Shown here: positions 11,957-24,755 of the stretch, piece after piece
Numbering within the stretch: position 1 is the stretch's first letter
Layout: the number at the start of each line of letters is the position of its first letter
Origin: Eledone cirrhosa
Taxonomy: Eukaryota
Length of the DNA: 64,000 bases
Assembly: GCA_964016885.1 (NCBI GenBank)
Contig: OZ024742.1
Coordinates: 190,836,001 to 190,900,000, forward strand
Direction: 5' to 3'
Made by a program: the position numbers and the translations under genes
Notes under the pieces: generated by a model
Told to the model about the DNA's origin: nothing
What the model saw: only the letters and a program-made list of their open reading frames with translations
The model's database searches: none

Positions 11957-12328
11957 TATAAGTTAAAACAATGAAATAAAAAAATCAAGTCATTAGAAAT
12001 ATACTTCACTGCTTTACGATCGTTTCTAGGTGATGATAATACATCGTAACTATACTTCGATATCGATCTATGTAAGGTTAATTACAAACTATCAGATAAA
12101 GGGAATATTTACTTATATGCATATCACCAGCTGTTGTCATGCTTTTGACAGCAGCTGGTGATATGCATGTAAGTAAATATTCTCTTTATCTGATATTTTG
12201 TAACTAACCTTACATAGATCGATATCTAAGTATAGTTACGATGTATTATCATCACCTAGAAACGATCGTAAAGCAGTGAAGTATATTTCTAATGACTTGA
12301 TTTTTTTATTTCATTGTTTCAACTTATA
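11957..12328. mobile_element. Fold-back palindrome (~180-bp arms), PLE 3'-end type
   Basis: Near-perfect inverted arms with centre at ~12140; contains hammerhead 3' half GAAACGATCGTA; related to 31310-31492. Confidence 0.8.
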
Positions 12329-12630
12329 TCATGACTGTTTTCCTTTAAATGTTTTATTGTTTTCCGGGATTTATTTTAACCTACAACATTTTCAACATAT
12401 GTATTACATTAGGTTCTTCATGCATACTAGACCTCACAACTTACCGTGTATATCTCTGTGTCTATGTATATATATTGTTATATTTGGGGAGGGTCATATT
12501 TCCAGAAATGTTTGGTTTGGATTGGTTTTCGCTTGTGTATCTTTTATGTCTCCATAGTTAATTTATCTGGCAATCAATGTTTATTATTGATTGACCAACT
12601 ATTAAATATACAGATATAAATATATATATA

Positions 12631-13710
12631 CTAGCACCAGGACCTGGCGTTGCACGGGGTAGGAAACGTGCTTTTTGAATTACCTTATTCTCAGAGAATG
12701 AAAACGTAGAACACCAGCAGGCGGAATCCAGTAGTAGCTGTGTCAGTGGGCTGATTGCAGAAATCCTGTATGTGAAAGGAGTAAGAGTTGTGGGGCGATG
12801 TATGTCATAAGTCTCTTCACGAATTAAGTCACGAATGAGGAACACACGTCAGTCTGAAGAAGCGACGTTGTCAATTGTGTGAAAACCAAGTAGGGATGTA
12901 CGTTTAAGTAGGAATATTGAGATGACGAAATCAGCGTGGCAACGAAACTGCAGCAGAAGAGGGTTATAGTGCAATTAGCACAAACGCTGGGCGGCACTGG
13001 TTGCATTGCGTTTATGCAGCAACAAAGGTGAGGCAAAAGAGGTCACCGCGGGATTAGCACAACCGCTGTTCGGTGTACTTGCATAGCGCGTTCATACTGC
13101 GGTGTAGATGCAACAAAAGAGGTCTTAGTAGGAGTAGCACCGACGTGAGTTTTACGGTGTCAGTAACACGGCAACGTACACAGGGTTCGGATTTGCAGGT
13201 GACGAAAGCACGAAGCGTCAACTGCGCGCCGACAAAAATTTTAAGGTTTCCTCAATCCCGGGAAAATGGTAAGTAAGTAAAAGTAAGTAAGAGTTGTGTC
13301 CTCTGTTAAATAAACCAACTTTTTAACGAAATATTATATGCTCCTTACGATGTTTCAGTAGCGTTTATATTGAAAACGAAAATGGCATGTAATGCCCAAT
13401 GCTAATTCATAAATTTCCTAGAAACCATTAATGGAATCGGAAGTTTTTTTTTTCCACATCAATGCGAGGGGACTAACTAATGCGTGCTGCAAATTTCGAG
13501 GACATTGATAGATTATCTTTAAGTTACGCCTCAAAAAAGCGTTAAAATGCCTAAAAAAATGCGGTTTTTCACCTAATGTGGACCCTAGGGCACAAAAAGC
13601 TAAAGTTATTTTAGCCTATTGCACTCCATGAATTATAAGTAACCCATGTGTAAGGTTTGGAAATAATCGGTCGGGTACTTCTCGAGTTTTAGGAATTTAC
13701 ACAAACAGAT
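12631..13710 (-). mobile_element. Non-autonomous/deleted Helitron
   Basis: 3' hairpin CCCGTGCAACGCCAGG followed by CTAG|T at 12631; subterminal cttctcgagttttaggaatt shared with the 2617 element; DLIREETYD peptide resembles DLLRETAYD of the RepHel at ~57870. Confidence 0.65.
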
Positions 13711-13881
13711 ATATATACAAATGGAAGTTAAAAACACGCGTTAATACCCTGTAATTAGTGAGATCAAATATAAAATCTGACCTCTTTATAATATAATATA
13801 AAAGTAATAAACACACAAAGAATTGTGTTTTGAATTACATGGGTTGAAAACCACTTTGGTGCAATGTATATAATCTACGAA

Positions 13882-13922
<41 letters not shown>

Positions 13923-14028
13923 ATATATATAGTATGTGTATATATGATATTATAAGAGAGACGGTTTAATTCGTACAATTTTTTATTACTTTCATATGTA
14001 TTTCGAAGATGTTAGGGAGGTACATAAT

Positions 14029-14143
14029 TGTTTCTACTTTTGGCACCAGGCCAGCAATTAACCCAGTGCATTACTGGTACTTTATTTTATCGACCCGTAA
14101 GGATGAAAGGCAAAGTTAACCTCGGCGGAATTTGAACTCAGAT
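14029..14143 (-). mobile_element. 5'-truncated SINE family A with TSD
   Basis: TSD gtacataat at 14020-14028 and 14144-14152. Confidence 0.85.
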
Positions 14144-14427
14144 GTACATAATAACCTTCTGACATGTTCTCGTGAGATAGTGTAAGATGTATGGGTTTAT
14201 TTCTTTATATGCTGCTGAATTATCGTGGAGTTTACATCGCACACACACAGGCGCACGCGCACACACACACACACACACACGCACACAGGCCACGCACACA
14301 TACATATATATATATATATATTTCGTTGACAAATATGTCAATATGCACAGACATGCAGATATATTGCCCTTGGTATGACAGTGTGGTTTTAGCACATTGT
14401 AGGATAACTAGAATACTACAGAGCCGT

Positions 14428-14760
<333 letters not shown>

Positions 14761-14867
14761 TATTTTCCGTTGTGTTGTAATATAAATATTACACACAGTA
14801 GATTATCAGCTCACGTAGAGTTTGCTCGATGGTTCCAGTTGTAGTTCCAAAAGTAATCCGGAGAAAA

Positions 14868-14979
14868 ATAGAAAGATTTGAATGGATACAGTTTAGTTGA
14901 AAGGAATTTATTGACACGTGTTTCTATAGAAACACGTGTCAATAAATTCCTTTCAACTAAACTGTATCCATTCAAATCT

Positions 14980-14985
<6 letters not shown>
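14868..14985. repeat. Perfect 118-bp palindrome with no spacer
   Basis: 59-bp arms are exact reverse complements, centre TTTCTA|TAGAAA; contains hammerhead 3' half GAAACACGTGTC. Confidence 0.95.
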
Positions 14986-15019
<34 letters not shown>

Positions 15020-15020
15020 G

Positions 15021-15080
<60 letters not shown>

Positions 15081-15081
15081 G

Positions 15082-15124
<43 letters not shown>

Positions 15125-15281
15125 CAAAACGGATATTTAATTTGTTGGTAATTCAACCAATATATATGTTTATTACTGATTCGAAGCACTCGACAGCTTT
15201 TCTGGACTATAATATCAGTGAAAAACTTGAACCGTTAAGATCTTCTTCCTGGATATGTCAATATTTATAAAACAAACTTTG

Positions 15282-15342
15282 TATTTTATCTGATGACGGC
15301 GTACTAAAATGTTGGTACCCTTGAAATATATATAATAGAATA
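15282..15342 (+). ncRNA. Type I hammerhead ribozyme with partly decayed stem II
   Basis: uauuuuau CUGAUGA cggcGUAC..GUACccuu GAAA UAUAUA UA auagaaua; same family as 23022-23086. Confidence 0.65.
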
Positions 15343-15382
15343 AATATGGTTTTATAAATATACTTTCAATTTATTTAATATC

Positions 15383-15414
<32 letters not shown>

Positions 15415-15416
<2 letters not shown>

Positions 15417-16240
15417 TTCTTCCTCACTTTTCGTTGCTTCAGCATCTTTGTTTGTTTACACTCTCGTGTCCACTTTATTTACGTGTCCCAACGACTTTTT
15501 TTAGCCGTTGCTCGCACCAGCCAGTGGTATATTGTCTTTAAAGCGATGAAATACCAATGATGGTTGGAAGATCACTGATGAAGGAATATCTTTATTCATA
15601 TGTAACTCATTAGCAACCACGCAGCACGTTTATTCTCATATTTACACATATCCCCCCCCCCCCGCTGTGACCCGTCTATTTCGTTCTTACTGCTTCCTCT
15701 TTCTTTGTATCTTTACCCTCTCTAACAGTCACTCTCTCTGTTAGCCTCTTCTTCACCCTTCACTCACTCACTCTCTGTTACAACCTATCCTCCTCCTCCT
15801 TCTTCCCGTTTGACCTGTGTGTAATTCTTTTCTTTCGCACTCTTGGTCAGGCTGGTTCGCTTTTGTTTCTCTCTTTCGTCTACGATTTCACAGAACTTAC
15901 GTTCACCGAATTCACAGACTAGATCCCTTCTTCCTCCCGTTAGACCTGTACGGAATTCCTTCCTTGCTCACATTCCAACCAGATTTGATGGTCTTTATTC
16001 TCTCTCGTTCACGATTTCACCGAACTTATATTCATGGAAATTTGGGACTTCACTCTTTCTTCCTCACTTTTCGTTGCTTCACCATCTTTGTTTGTTTACA
16101 CTCTCGTGTCCCCTTTATTTACGTGTCCCAACGACTTTTTTAGCCGTTGCTCGCACCAACCGGAGGTATATAGTCTTTAAAGCGATGAAATACCAATGGT
16201 GGTTGGAAGATCACTGATGAAGGACTAACTTTATTCATAT
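15415..16240 (+). repeat. Partial tandem repeat (~640-bp period) with a CTGATGA motif; PLE-UTR/retrozyme-like
   Basis: 15415-15600 repeated at 16055-16240; both contain cactgatgaagga; flanked by (TA)n. Confidence 0.7.
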
Positions 16241-16282
16241 ATATATATATAGAAGCGGTTACACAACAGTTAGTTCACCATA

Positions 16283-16322
16283 CCGAGAACTATTGTTTCA
16301 CCAACGCGGATCTTCAGCTCGG
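16283..16322 (-). ncRNA. Minimal type I hammerhead ribozyme
   Basis: ccgag CUGAAGA UCC-gcguu-GGU GAAA CAAUAG UU cucgg. Confidence 0.7.
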
Positions 16323-16542
16323 GATATGTGTATGGTTATAGGAACAGGAAGGACAACCGTACGAACGCGCATGCGCAGAAACTCGGTCTCTTCCCACAGG
16401 CAATACTAGACTGTGTGCGGGAGGTGTAAGGGAGATATATATATTTAAGAGTTAAACAACATTCAATGAATACATCAAAGAATGAGTTTTACAATAGGTT
16501 GGGAGCACACTACAAGCAAATATTTTCCAGAGTTATTAATAT

Positions 16543-16844
16543 TAATTCCAAATATTAACAAAATAGATATTCTTGTGATCAATTATATTTTAATATACAT
16601 ATTTCAGAGGTACTTAATTAAGTTCAACAGTACGTCCTCATCAGATAAAAGATAATGATACATGACATACCCTGACATGGTAGATGGTTAAGATTTAATC
16701 AAGGTAGTTGATTAAATCTTAACCATCTACCATGTCAGGGTATGTCATGTATCATTTTATTTTATCTGATGAGGACGTACTGAAATATGTATACTAAAAT
16801 ATAATTGATCACAAGAATATCTATTTTGTTAATATTTGGAATTA
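16543..16844. mobile_element. Fold-back palindrome with a hammerhead (16588-16650, minus strand); right arm has a 23-bp deletion in stem II
   Basis: Inverted arms around loop ggtag (~16705); minus strand CUGAUGA GGACGUAC..GUACCUCU GAAA UAUGUAUA. Confidence 0.8.
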
Positions 16845-17409
16845 TATATGTATGTGTATGTGTGTGTGCGTGTGTATTGTGTGTCTGTGCGTGTGTGTGT
16901 ATTGTGTGTGTGTGCGTGTGTGTGTGTGTGTGTATGTGTGTGCGTGTGTGTATATTGTGTGTATGTGTATGTGTGTGTGTGCGTGTGTGTGTATTGTGTG
17001 TATGTGTGTGTGTCTGTGTGTTTGTGTAATATACGAAAAAGACTTCATGATAAACATTAAAAGGATAAGAGTAATTGTTAGGTCATAATTATGACGACGA
17101 CGATGACGATCAGAAAATAATTATTACGACATTTATGATGCTGCTGATGATGCTGATGATGATGTAACAAGAATATAAAAAGAAAAGTAATCGTTAAAGC
17201 GAAAGTATTTTATTTTTTTCTGTTGGAGTTTTTGGGGTGTGGGGAGGGGAGGTGAATTGTTTCCTGTATCGTTTTAGTTATTTTTACCTTTTAGAAACAA
17301 GAAACGAAATATACGAGGTAAAGAAAGAGATAAAGAGAGGGAGAGAGAAAGATATATACATATATATATATATATATCTTTCTCTCTCCCACTCTTCCTC
17401 TCTCTTTCA

Positions 17410-17477
<68 letters not shown>

Positions 17478-17551
17478 ATAAGTGGTAGAGAGAATGATAT
17501 ATATATATATATATAAAGAAAGAGAGAGAGAGAGAAAGAGAGAGTGAGAGA

Positions 17552-17604
<53 letters not shown>

Positions 17605-17697
17605 ATAAGAGGTAGAGAGAAAGATATATATATATATATACAAAGAAAGAGAGAGAGAGAGAAAGAGAGAGTGAGAGAAAAAGATATATATATATAT

Positions 17698-17754
<57 letters not shown>

Positions 17755-18079
17755 GGTAAAAGGTAAACAGGAATAACAACACAATCTGTACAGTATATGG
17801 AAGGAATATATTAGATAGATAGATAGATAGATAGAGAGAGAGGGGGAGGGAGGGGGTGAAAGAGAAAATGAGCGAGTGGGAGGCGAGAGAAAGGAAAGAG
17901 AAAGGGAGGAAAGAAATAGTTTAAAAGAGTGAGATACAGAGTAGTTTTGAGAGAACTGTAGAAAGAAATGGGAAGAGTGAATCTTGGAGAAAATATATAT
18001 TATTTATTTCTTGTTTTTACTAAATGTCATACTTGAAGAAATTTTTCCTCTAGGATGTGAGTCGCTTAAGGGCTTCAAT

Positions 18080-18294
18080 ATCACCAATACCAACACCAAC
18101 ACCAGCAACAACAACGAGACGCATACTACCATCACCAACAGGAAGGATAAAAAGAAACAACTCCGCCGCTGGCATCACCACCACCACGAACTTCACTACC
18201 CCCACTAGCAGCACCACCATCACTAACAACACAGCTAACACCATCAGCGTCAGCACTACCGCTACCACCACGAACACACCAAAACAACAACAGC

Positions 18295-18327
<33 letters not shown>

Positions 18328-18812
18328 AAAACCGGTACCAACAACAAAAACCCCAACCAAAAACAAATTTACCACAACTACCACCATTACAAACACCACC
18401 GACACCAACACCAACACGAACAACAACACCAATATAAATACCACTATAATCACCAGCACCAACACCATCACCACCACCACCACCACCACAACACCAACAT
18501 AACTAACACTATAATCACAAACAAAACCTGCACCACCACCATCACCATCACCATCACCACCACTAGTATCACCACCACCACCTTCACGAAAGCCTACAAT
18601 AACAACAAATAGCCCACCACTAGCAATATCACCAGCACTAACACCAACACAAACAACAACACAAGCCATAACTAACACCATACTCACCAGCAGCAACATC
18701 GCCAAAAGCAACAAAACCTGAACCAACAACATCATCACCACAACCACCACTACCACCACCACCAGCAACACCCCAAAACGCAACAACGAACAATACTCTC
18801 ACCACCACCATA
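18080..18812. repeat. Degenerate (CAA)n/(CAC)n trinucleotide tract
   Basis: Direct inspection. Confidence 0.9.
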
Positions 18813-19244
18813 ATTTGAGTATATATATCTGTGTTTACTGCAGTGCTATATTCTGCCAATGACAGGTAACGGCGCTGACTATATCAGTGGATATAATTGT
18901 CTAACCAAAGGCAGTTTAGAGGAGGGAAACTTTTGATTTCTGTTACGAAACGAGTCGTTAAATACCCTGAAATACCTTCAAATATTTTTGTGTTTGATTG
19001 CATTCTTACTAGAAGTGCTGCTGTTGTTCTTGTTGTAATTGCATTTAATATTATTAAGAATAGTGATGGCGTTTGAAAGTGTGTTCTTTTTGGTAATAGG
19101 AATCTTGATTTTGGCACTGGTCGCGTTCATAGTGTTGTTGGTGGTAGTGGTGGCGGCGATAATGGGAGTTTTGTGGCTGTTCGAGCATGGTTGTTGGTGT
19201 TTTACTAGTAGACGTATTGAGGACAGTGGTGTTTAGGTTACATT

Positions 19245-19433
19245 GGTGGATTGGCAGTATCGGTAGAAGGTCGGACGCCATGCTTTGACGCATAGAGTTA
19301 CGGCCCTTGCCATTCTGAGTTCAAATCCTGCCGAGGTTAACTTTGCCTTTCATCCTTACGGGGTCGATAAAATAAAGTACCAGTAATGCACTGGAATACT
19401 TGCTGGCCTTGTGCCAAAAGTAGAAACAATTAT
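19245..19433 (+). mobile_element. SINE family A
   Basis: A/B boxes, conserved body, tail agtagaaacaattat. Confidence 0.9.
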
Positions 19434-19479
19434 CTGTGTCATATTTGAGAATAAATGTTTTTCATTGAATTGGGATGGT

Positions 19480-19772
19480 GAGTAGATTGTTTGGCATAAA
19501 GTCTTGAGTCCGAATTCATGTTGTGCGTTGTGCCCTTCAGCAAGACCTATGTATTACGTTCTTCAATTTCACAAACCTGGCGAAAATGAGTTGTACTTAT
19601 AGTTAAAAGTGTCAGATGTGACACAATTTGCTGCGTTGACTCTCCCCGAAGATTGTATATTGGATACACGTGTCTCTGAAAGGCTCTGTCCCTTACACGT
19701 TCATTTCACAAGCAAGCTGTTTCGTCTATAAAACAACTGGAAAACTCGTCCAAAAACCCGACGGAAGGCCAT
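19480..19772 (+). mobile_element. Old SINE, family B-like head with long body (related bodies at ~35335-35500 and ~49905-50050)
   Basis: gtgcccttcagcaagacc head; body acacgtgtctctg...cttacacgttcatttcac shared among the three loci. Confidence 0.55.
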
Positions 19773-19947
19773 CACTTCAAATGACTTCATAAATATATTA
19801 AAAACGAAATATGTTTGTTACCTCCCAATGACGAGTACTATTTTTTGTTGTTACATAAAGAATTTAGAGCTACCGAAATATACGATGGAGATTATTTCTA
19901 GACCGTGTGTCTATGTATATGCTGGAGGGCTAGTGGGTAAATCTATA

Positions 19948-20019
<72 letters not shown>

Positions 20020-20171
20020 CGTGCGTATGTTGGTGTTTGCTTACATGATTTAAGCGTGCGAATGGCTGTACATCTGTGCAGGATTAGATCACTTTGCTTT
20101 TCAAAGTCTTTATGTGTTTTATATCTATCTTTCTATCTTCCTATCTTTCTATCTTTCTATCTATCTATCTA

Positions 20172-20230
<59 letters not shown>

Positions 20231-20312
20231 ATATATATATATTCATCTCTATCTTTCGCTCTTGCTTTATATTTATATATATATTTATGTAAGCGTATAT
20301 ATATGCGTATAT

Positions 20313-20370
<58 letters not shown>

Positions 20371-20684
20371 GTGTGTGTGTGGGCGTGTGTGTGTGTTCGT
20401 AAACGTGTACTAATGTGTCATAGTTTATGTATGTGTGCCTTATTGTCTGTGCGCATATGAGTGTTTGAACTTATATATGCTTTAGGGAAATGTAAAGAAT
20501 CTTCAGATACCAATGATTCTAAATCTGTGTATTATGTAAAAATCCGTGTTGTTGGGTGCAACGCTGAAGGCAATCGTTGTTCGTATTGTTGTTGTTTTTC
20601 TTTGTATAAAAATATATACTGTTAATGAAAATGTTTAAAATGCTGTGGCTTATTGCAGCTGATACGCACATAAACACACACACT

Positions 20685-20730
<46 letters not shown>

Positions 20731-22016
20731 CATTATGTCAACACCACAATATATATATACATTATGTCAACACCACAATATGACATACACACACACACAT
20801 AACACCTTCTACTTTAGAAAATAAAAACCCGAACTAAATAAACCTTAACATACGTTTGCACTGGCAATACAACAGCAAACACGAAAAAGTCAGGAAAATA
20901 TGTTCATTCAAAAATATTCCTACTAAAGGAATCACTTTCCTACACACACACATACACACACACACAATATATATATATATATATATATTCTCTTCATCTT
21001 AACATGCTAACCATACTCCCACACACATAACACCCATACACACACATAACAACCCCCACACCTACAACTCCCTCCCCATTTCTACTAATAGAACCACTTT
21101 CCTACACACATATATATATACACACACACAAAATATATATTCTCTCCATCTTAACATACTCGCACACACACACATAACACCCATGTACACACACACACAA
21201 CTCCCTCCCCCATCTCTACTAATAGAATCATCTTCCAATACACACATACACACACACACACACATACACACACATAAGCACACAAATAAACACATATCTT
21301 CAGTCTCAATAGAAAATCTGAACTCTGACACCTGAACTCTGACAGCTGGCCATATTCACTGAACCAGAACATTTCTCCCCATCCCTTTTCCCTTGACCAC
21401 TATCTCTCCATTGTCATAACATTCACTATAAAGACTACAGAATAGTTTTCCAAATAAGGGCGCAAAAATGTAATGAAAATTTGTTCACGTGACAGCCAAA
21501 TTTCATTTATAACCAACCAAAAAAAAGCCTTCGTGAGCCTCCTTTTTATAAGTAAAAAGAAATTCAAACACTCAAATATGAAAAAACAACCTGTGACAAC
21601 CCCCCCCCCTCTCTTATTTGAAGAACTATTGTAACGCGAACTGGCGCGAAATTTATTATAATTATTGACAAACAAATCAAATTACTTCTCGAAAAACCTG
21701 GCTTTCGAGCCACTTTTTCCATATAAAACAAGTAACATTCAGAGACCAACCAGATGTGAGAAAAACCACAGACCCTCCATCTCAACTCACCTTTTGAAAA
21801 GCAGAAGAACTGCGAAACCGGTAAAGGAACCAAATAAATATATATATTTTTAAAAAAAATAAGACTTCAGTTGCATTTTCGATTTCATCTCTTTTTCTTT
21901 ATACTTTCATTCGTGTAGGACACTTCGGTTATTTTTCATTTTGTAAAAAAAACCTCACTTTCTAATATATATATATATATATATATATTTGTATATATAT
22001 ATATGTATATATATAT

Positions 22017-22247
22017 ATGTAGTGAAAAATGGAATGGGAACAAAACAGAGAGGCAGTACGAACAAAGGTTTATTAGTTTCACGTTCTTGGGAGTGGATGG
22101 GGGGGGGGGGGGACGTTTCGGGCATAAGCCCTTCTTGAGGTTAAAAGTGTGTGGGAAGAGAGTTCCGAGGATGTGTAGGATGTGTAGGGGGAGTGGGGGA
22201 GAGGCATTTGGAAAAAAGGAGGGGGAGGGGCGCTGGAAGGGGTACAA
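22017..22247 (-). mobile_element. PLE 3'-end fragment with a decayed hammerhead (22112-22140)
   Basis: Minus strand CUCAAGA A GGGC-uuau-GCCC GAAA CG UC (G5 changed to C); flanked by (TA)n. Confidence 0.55.
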
Positions 22248-22257
22248 ATATATATAT

Positions 22258-22314
<57 letters not shown>

Positions 22315-22676
22315 AATATATATAAATACTAATAATAGTAAATTTGAAGACTAAAATCCAAAGAGGGCTCGGTAAGGACAAATATATATCAAATATATAT
22401 GAACCGTAGAGCAAATATTTATTAAAATAACAGATTAAAGTTTAAGCAAAGAATCGCTGCTTTCACCCTTAACGGGCACTTCAGAAGTATATATATATAT
22501 ATATACGAGTGGGTGTAACCATGTGTATATATGTGTATGTATGTGTATACTTCTGTGAGAATATATGTGCATTTGGTTCGTTTGTATATACTTTGATTTT
22601 AATATGGTTTTATCCAAAGGAAATTAGCTAAATGCCAGATTTATAAGTTACGCTACCTCTCTATATATGTGTGTGT

Positions 22677-22860
22677 AGGCACGTGTCTTAGTGCTAAGGG
22701 TGTTGGACTTATGATCATAACATCGTGGGTTCGATTCCTGGGTCGCGTGTTGTGTTCTTTGGCAAAACACTTCATTTTTTTCACGTTGCTCCATTATACT
22801 CAGCTGAAAATGACTAGCTGCAATAAGCATATTAACTAACGCATCCAATAGCTGCATAAG
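22677..22860 (+). mobile_element. SINE family B
   Basis: GGTTCGATTCC B box followed by ttggcaaaacacttcattttttcacgttgctcc. Confidence 0.7.
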
Positions 22861-22947
22861 CGACAGTGACATCCACCCCTAAACATATACGTACACTTTT
22901 CTAAGTGCATATATATATTTATATATACACACACACCTGTATCTACA

Positions 22948-22983
<36 letters not shown>

Positions 22984-23021
22984 ATATTAATAAATGGAAA
23001 CTATATTTATAAAACCATAAT

Positions 23022-23086
23022 TATTTTATTATATATATTTCAAGGGCGACCAAGCCAATCTTGGTGCGCTTTCATCAGATAAAATA
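23022..23086 (-). ncRNA. Type I hammerhead ribozyme
   Basis: uauuuuau CUGAUGA AAGcGC ACCAAG-auugg-CUUGGU cGCcCUU GAAA UAUAUA UA auaaaaua; perfect 8-bp stem I. Confidence 0.8.
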
Positions 23087-23260
23087 CAAAATTTATTTTA
23101 TAAATAGTGACATAACCATGGAAAAAATCTTGACGGTTGAAAATTCGCTGGAATCCCAACAAATTAAATATAACTTGTACATATATATATATATACATAT
23201 ACATACAGATTCACATATGCTTGTATACACACAATTACGCACACACCCACATACGTATAT

Positions 23261-23348
<88 letters not shown>

Positions 23349-23658
23349 ATGTATGTGTGTGTATATGTGCTATATGAGTATATGTAGGGACCGATATGTG
23401 GGTACATGCGTACCAGAGATATGTATGTGTAAGTCGCTATCTGTCTTGTATTTCATGTCCGAACTTTAGCCTCTCTCCGCTACAATACTTGCTGAGGACA
23501 GCGGGCACTAAGTGTGGCTTAAAGCCCAACGCTTCAACCAAGTCTAGCAGGGGTAGGAAAGCAGACTGTCTTCCATGCATTGATGCAGACAACAACTTGA
23601 CAGAATGAGAGATAAGCGTTACCACGGGAATGGACTGATGATGATGATGATGAGATAA

Positions 23659-23817
23659 TTGTTTCTACTTTTGGCACAAGGCCAGAAATTAACTCAGTGT
23701 ATTACTGGTACTTTATTTTGTCGACGTCCGAAACAATGAAAGGCAAAGTTAACCTGAGCAGGATTTGAACTCAGAACATAAAGCATGGCGTCTGACGCTC
23801 TACCGTTTCCACCGCCC
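23659..23817 (-). mobile_element. SINE family A (internally deleted) with TSD
   Basis: TSD tgatgatgatgagataat on both sides. Confidence 0.85.
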
Positions 23818-23940
23818 TTGATGATGATGAGATAATGAACTAATGAGTGGACGCAAAATACCAATTTGTTAGAATGTGCTCTATATATCTGGTGACTGGA
23901 GAATTTCACGCAGAGAATCGGAGACGAACTGACATACGGA

Positions 23941-24034
23941 AGCATATCTGATGATCTTTCGATTGCAGAGTCAGGTTCGATCAATAATAGGTCGTTCCTA
24001 GAACTGATCGATAGTGAAACATATGTAATATGTT
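23941..24034 (+). ncRNA. Type I hammerhead ribozyme with extended stem II
   Basis: agcauau CUGAUGA UCUUUCGAU...AUCGAUAGU GAAA CAUAUG UA auauguu; 7-bp stem I, palindromic stem III. Confidence 0.75.
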
Positions 24035-24143
24035 ATTAAATATGTTATGCCGCAACAGCGAATCTTTGTTCCTTCATTCTTATACTATTAAATACTATTA
24101 TACTTAGCATCGAGAGCTCTACCGGCACTGTCGCATGTAGTAA

Positions 24144-24249
<106 letters not shown>

Positions 24250-24755
24250 CTAAAGCAGATGGCCGTATGTAACAAACTTTTGGCAAAACGGCTGGACCAA
24301 ACAGTAGCAAATTTGCACCATAGATGTAACTTTTTCCAAGGAAGAAAGTGAGGGTATTTGCGCCTACTAAATTTCGTTATTATTGATTAAAGATATTTTG
24401 TTTATCTAACGATTCACTTCTTTAAAATTTTCAAATGTCAACAATTCCGGTTAGCGATCGCTTAAATAATCATTCATATATTTGGCAGTTCATATATAAT
24501 ATCTTTTTTTTTAAATGTATCATGGATTAAATTTCTGTGTATATTGTCAATCACTATCTATATTAGTGGTACTTTATTACATATAATATATATAATACGA
24601 CATTGCTCTCGCTTACTTACTCAGTCTTTTTAGATAGATACATAGCTATAATGTCGCGCGCTTATAATATCTGTCTGTATGTCTGCCTATCTACATTGAC
24701 TTCGCTTCTAACCAACTTTTAATTAATTATATATAATTATATATTCGTGTACACA

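Noticed and set aside
17330-17700. Repeated compound microsatellite blocks as a higher-order element
   Set aside because: Explained by local slippage duplication or assembly error; little unique sequence
22450-22490. Hammerhead-like CUGAAGU GCCC..GGGU GAAA on the minus strand
   Set aside because: A9 is mutated, there is no NUH triplet and no stem I; at best a dead remnant
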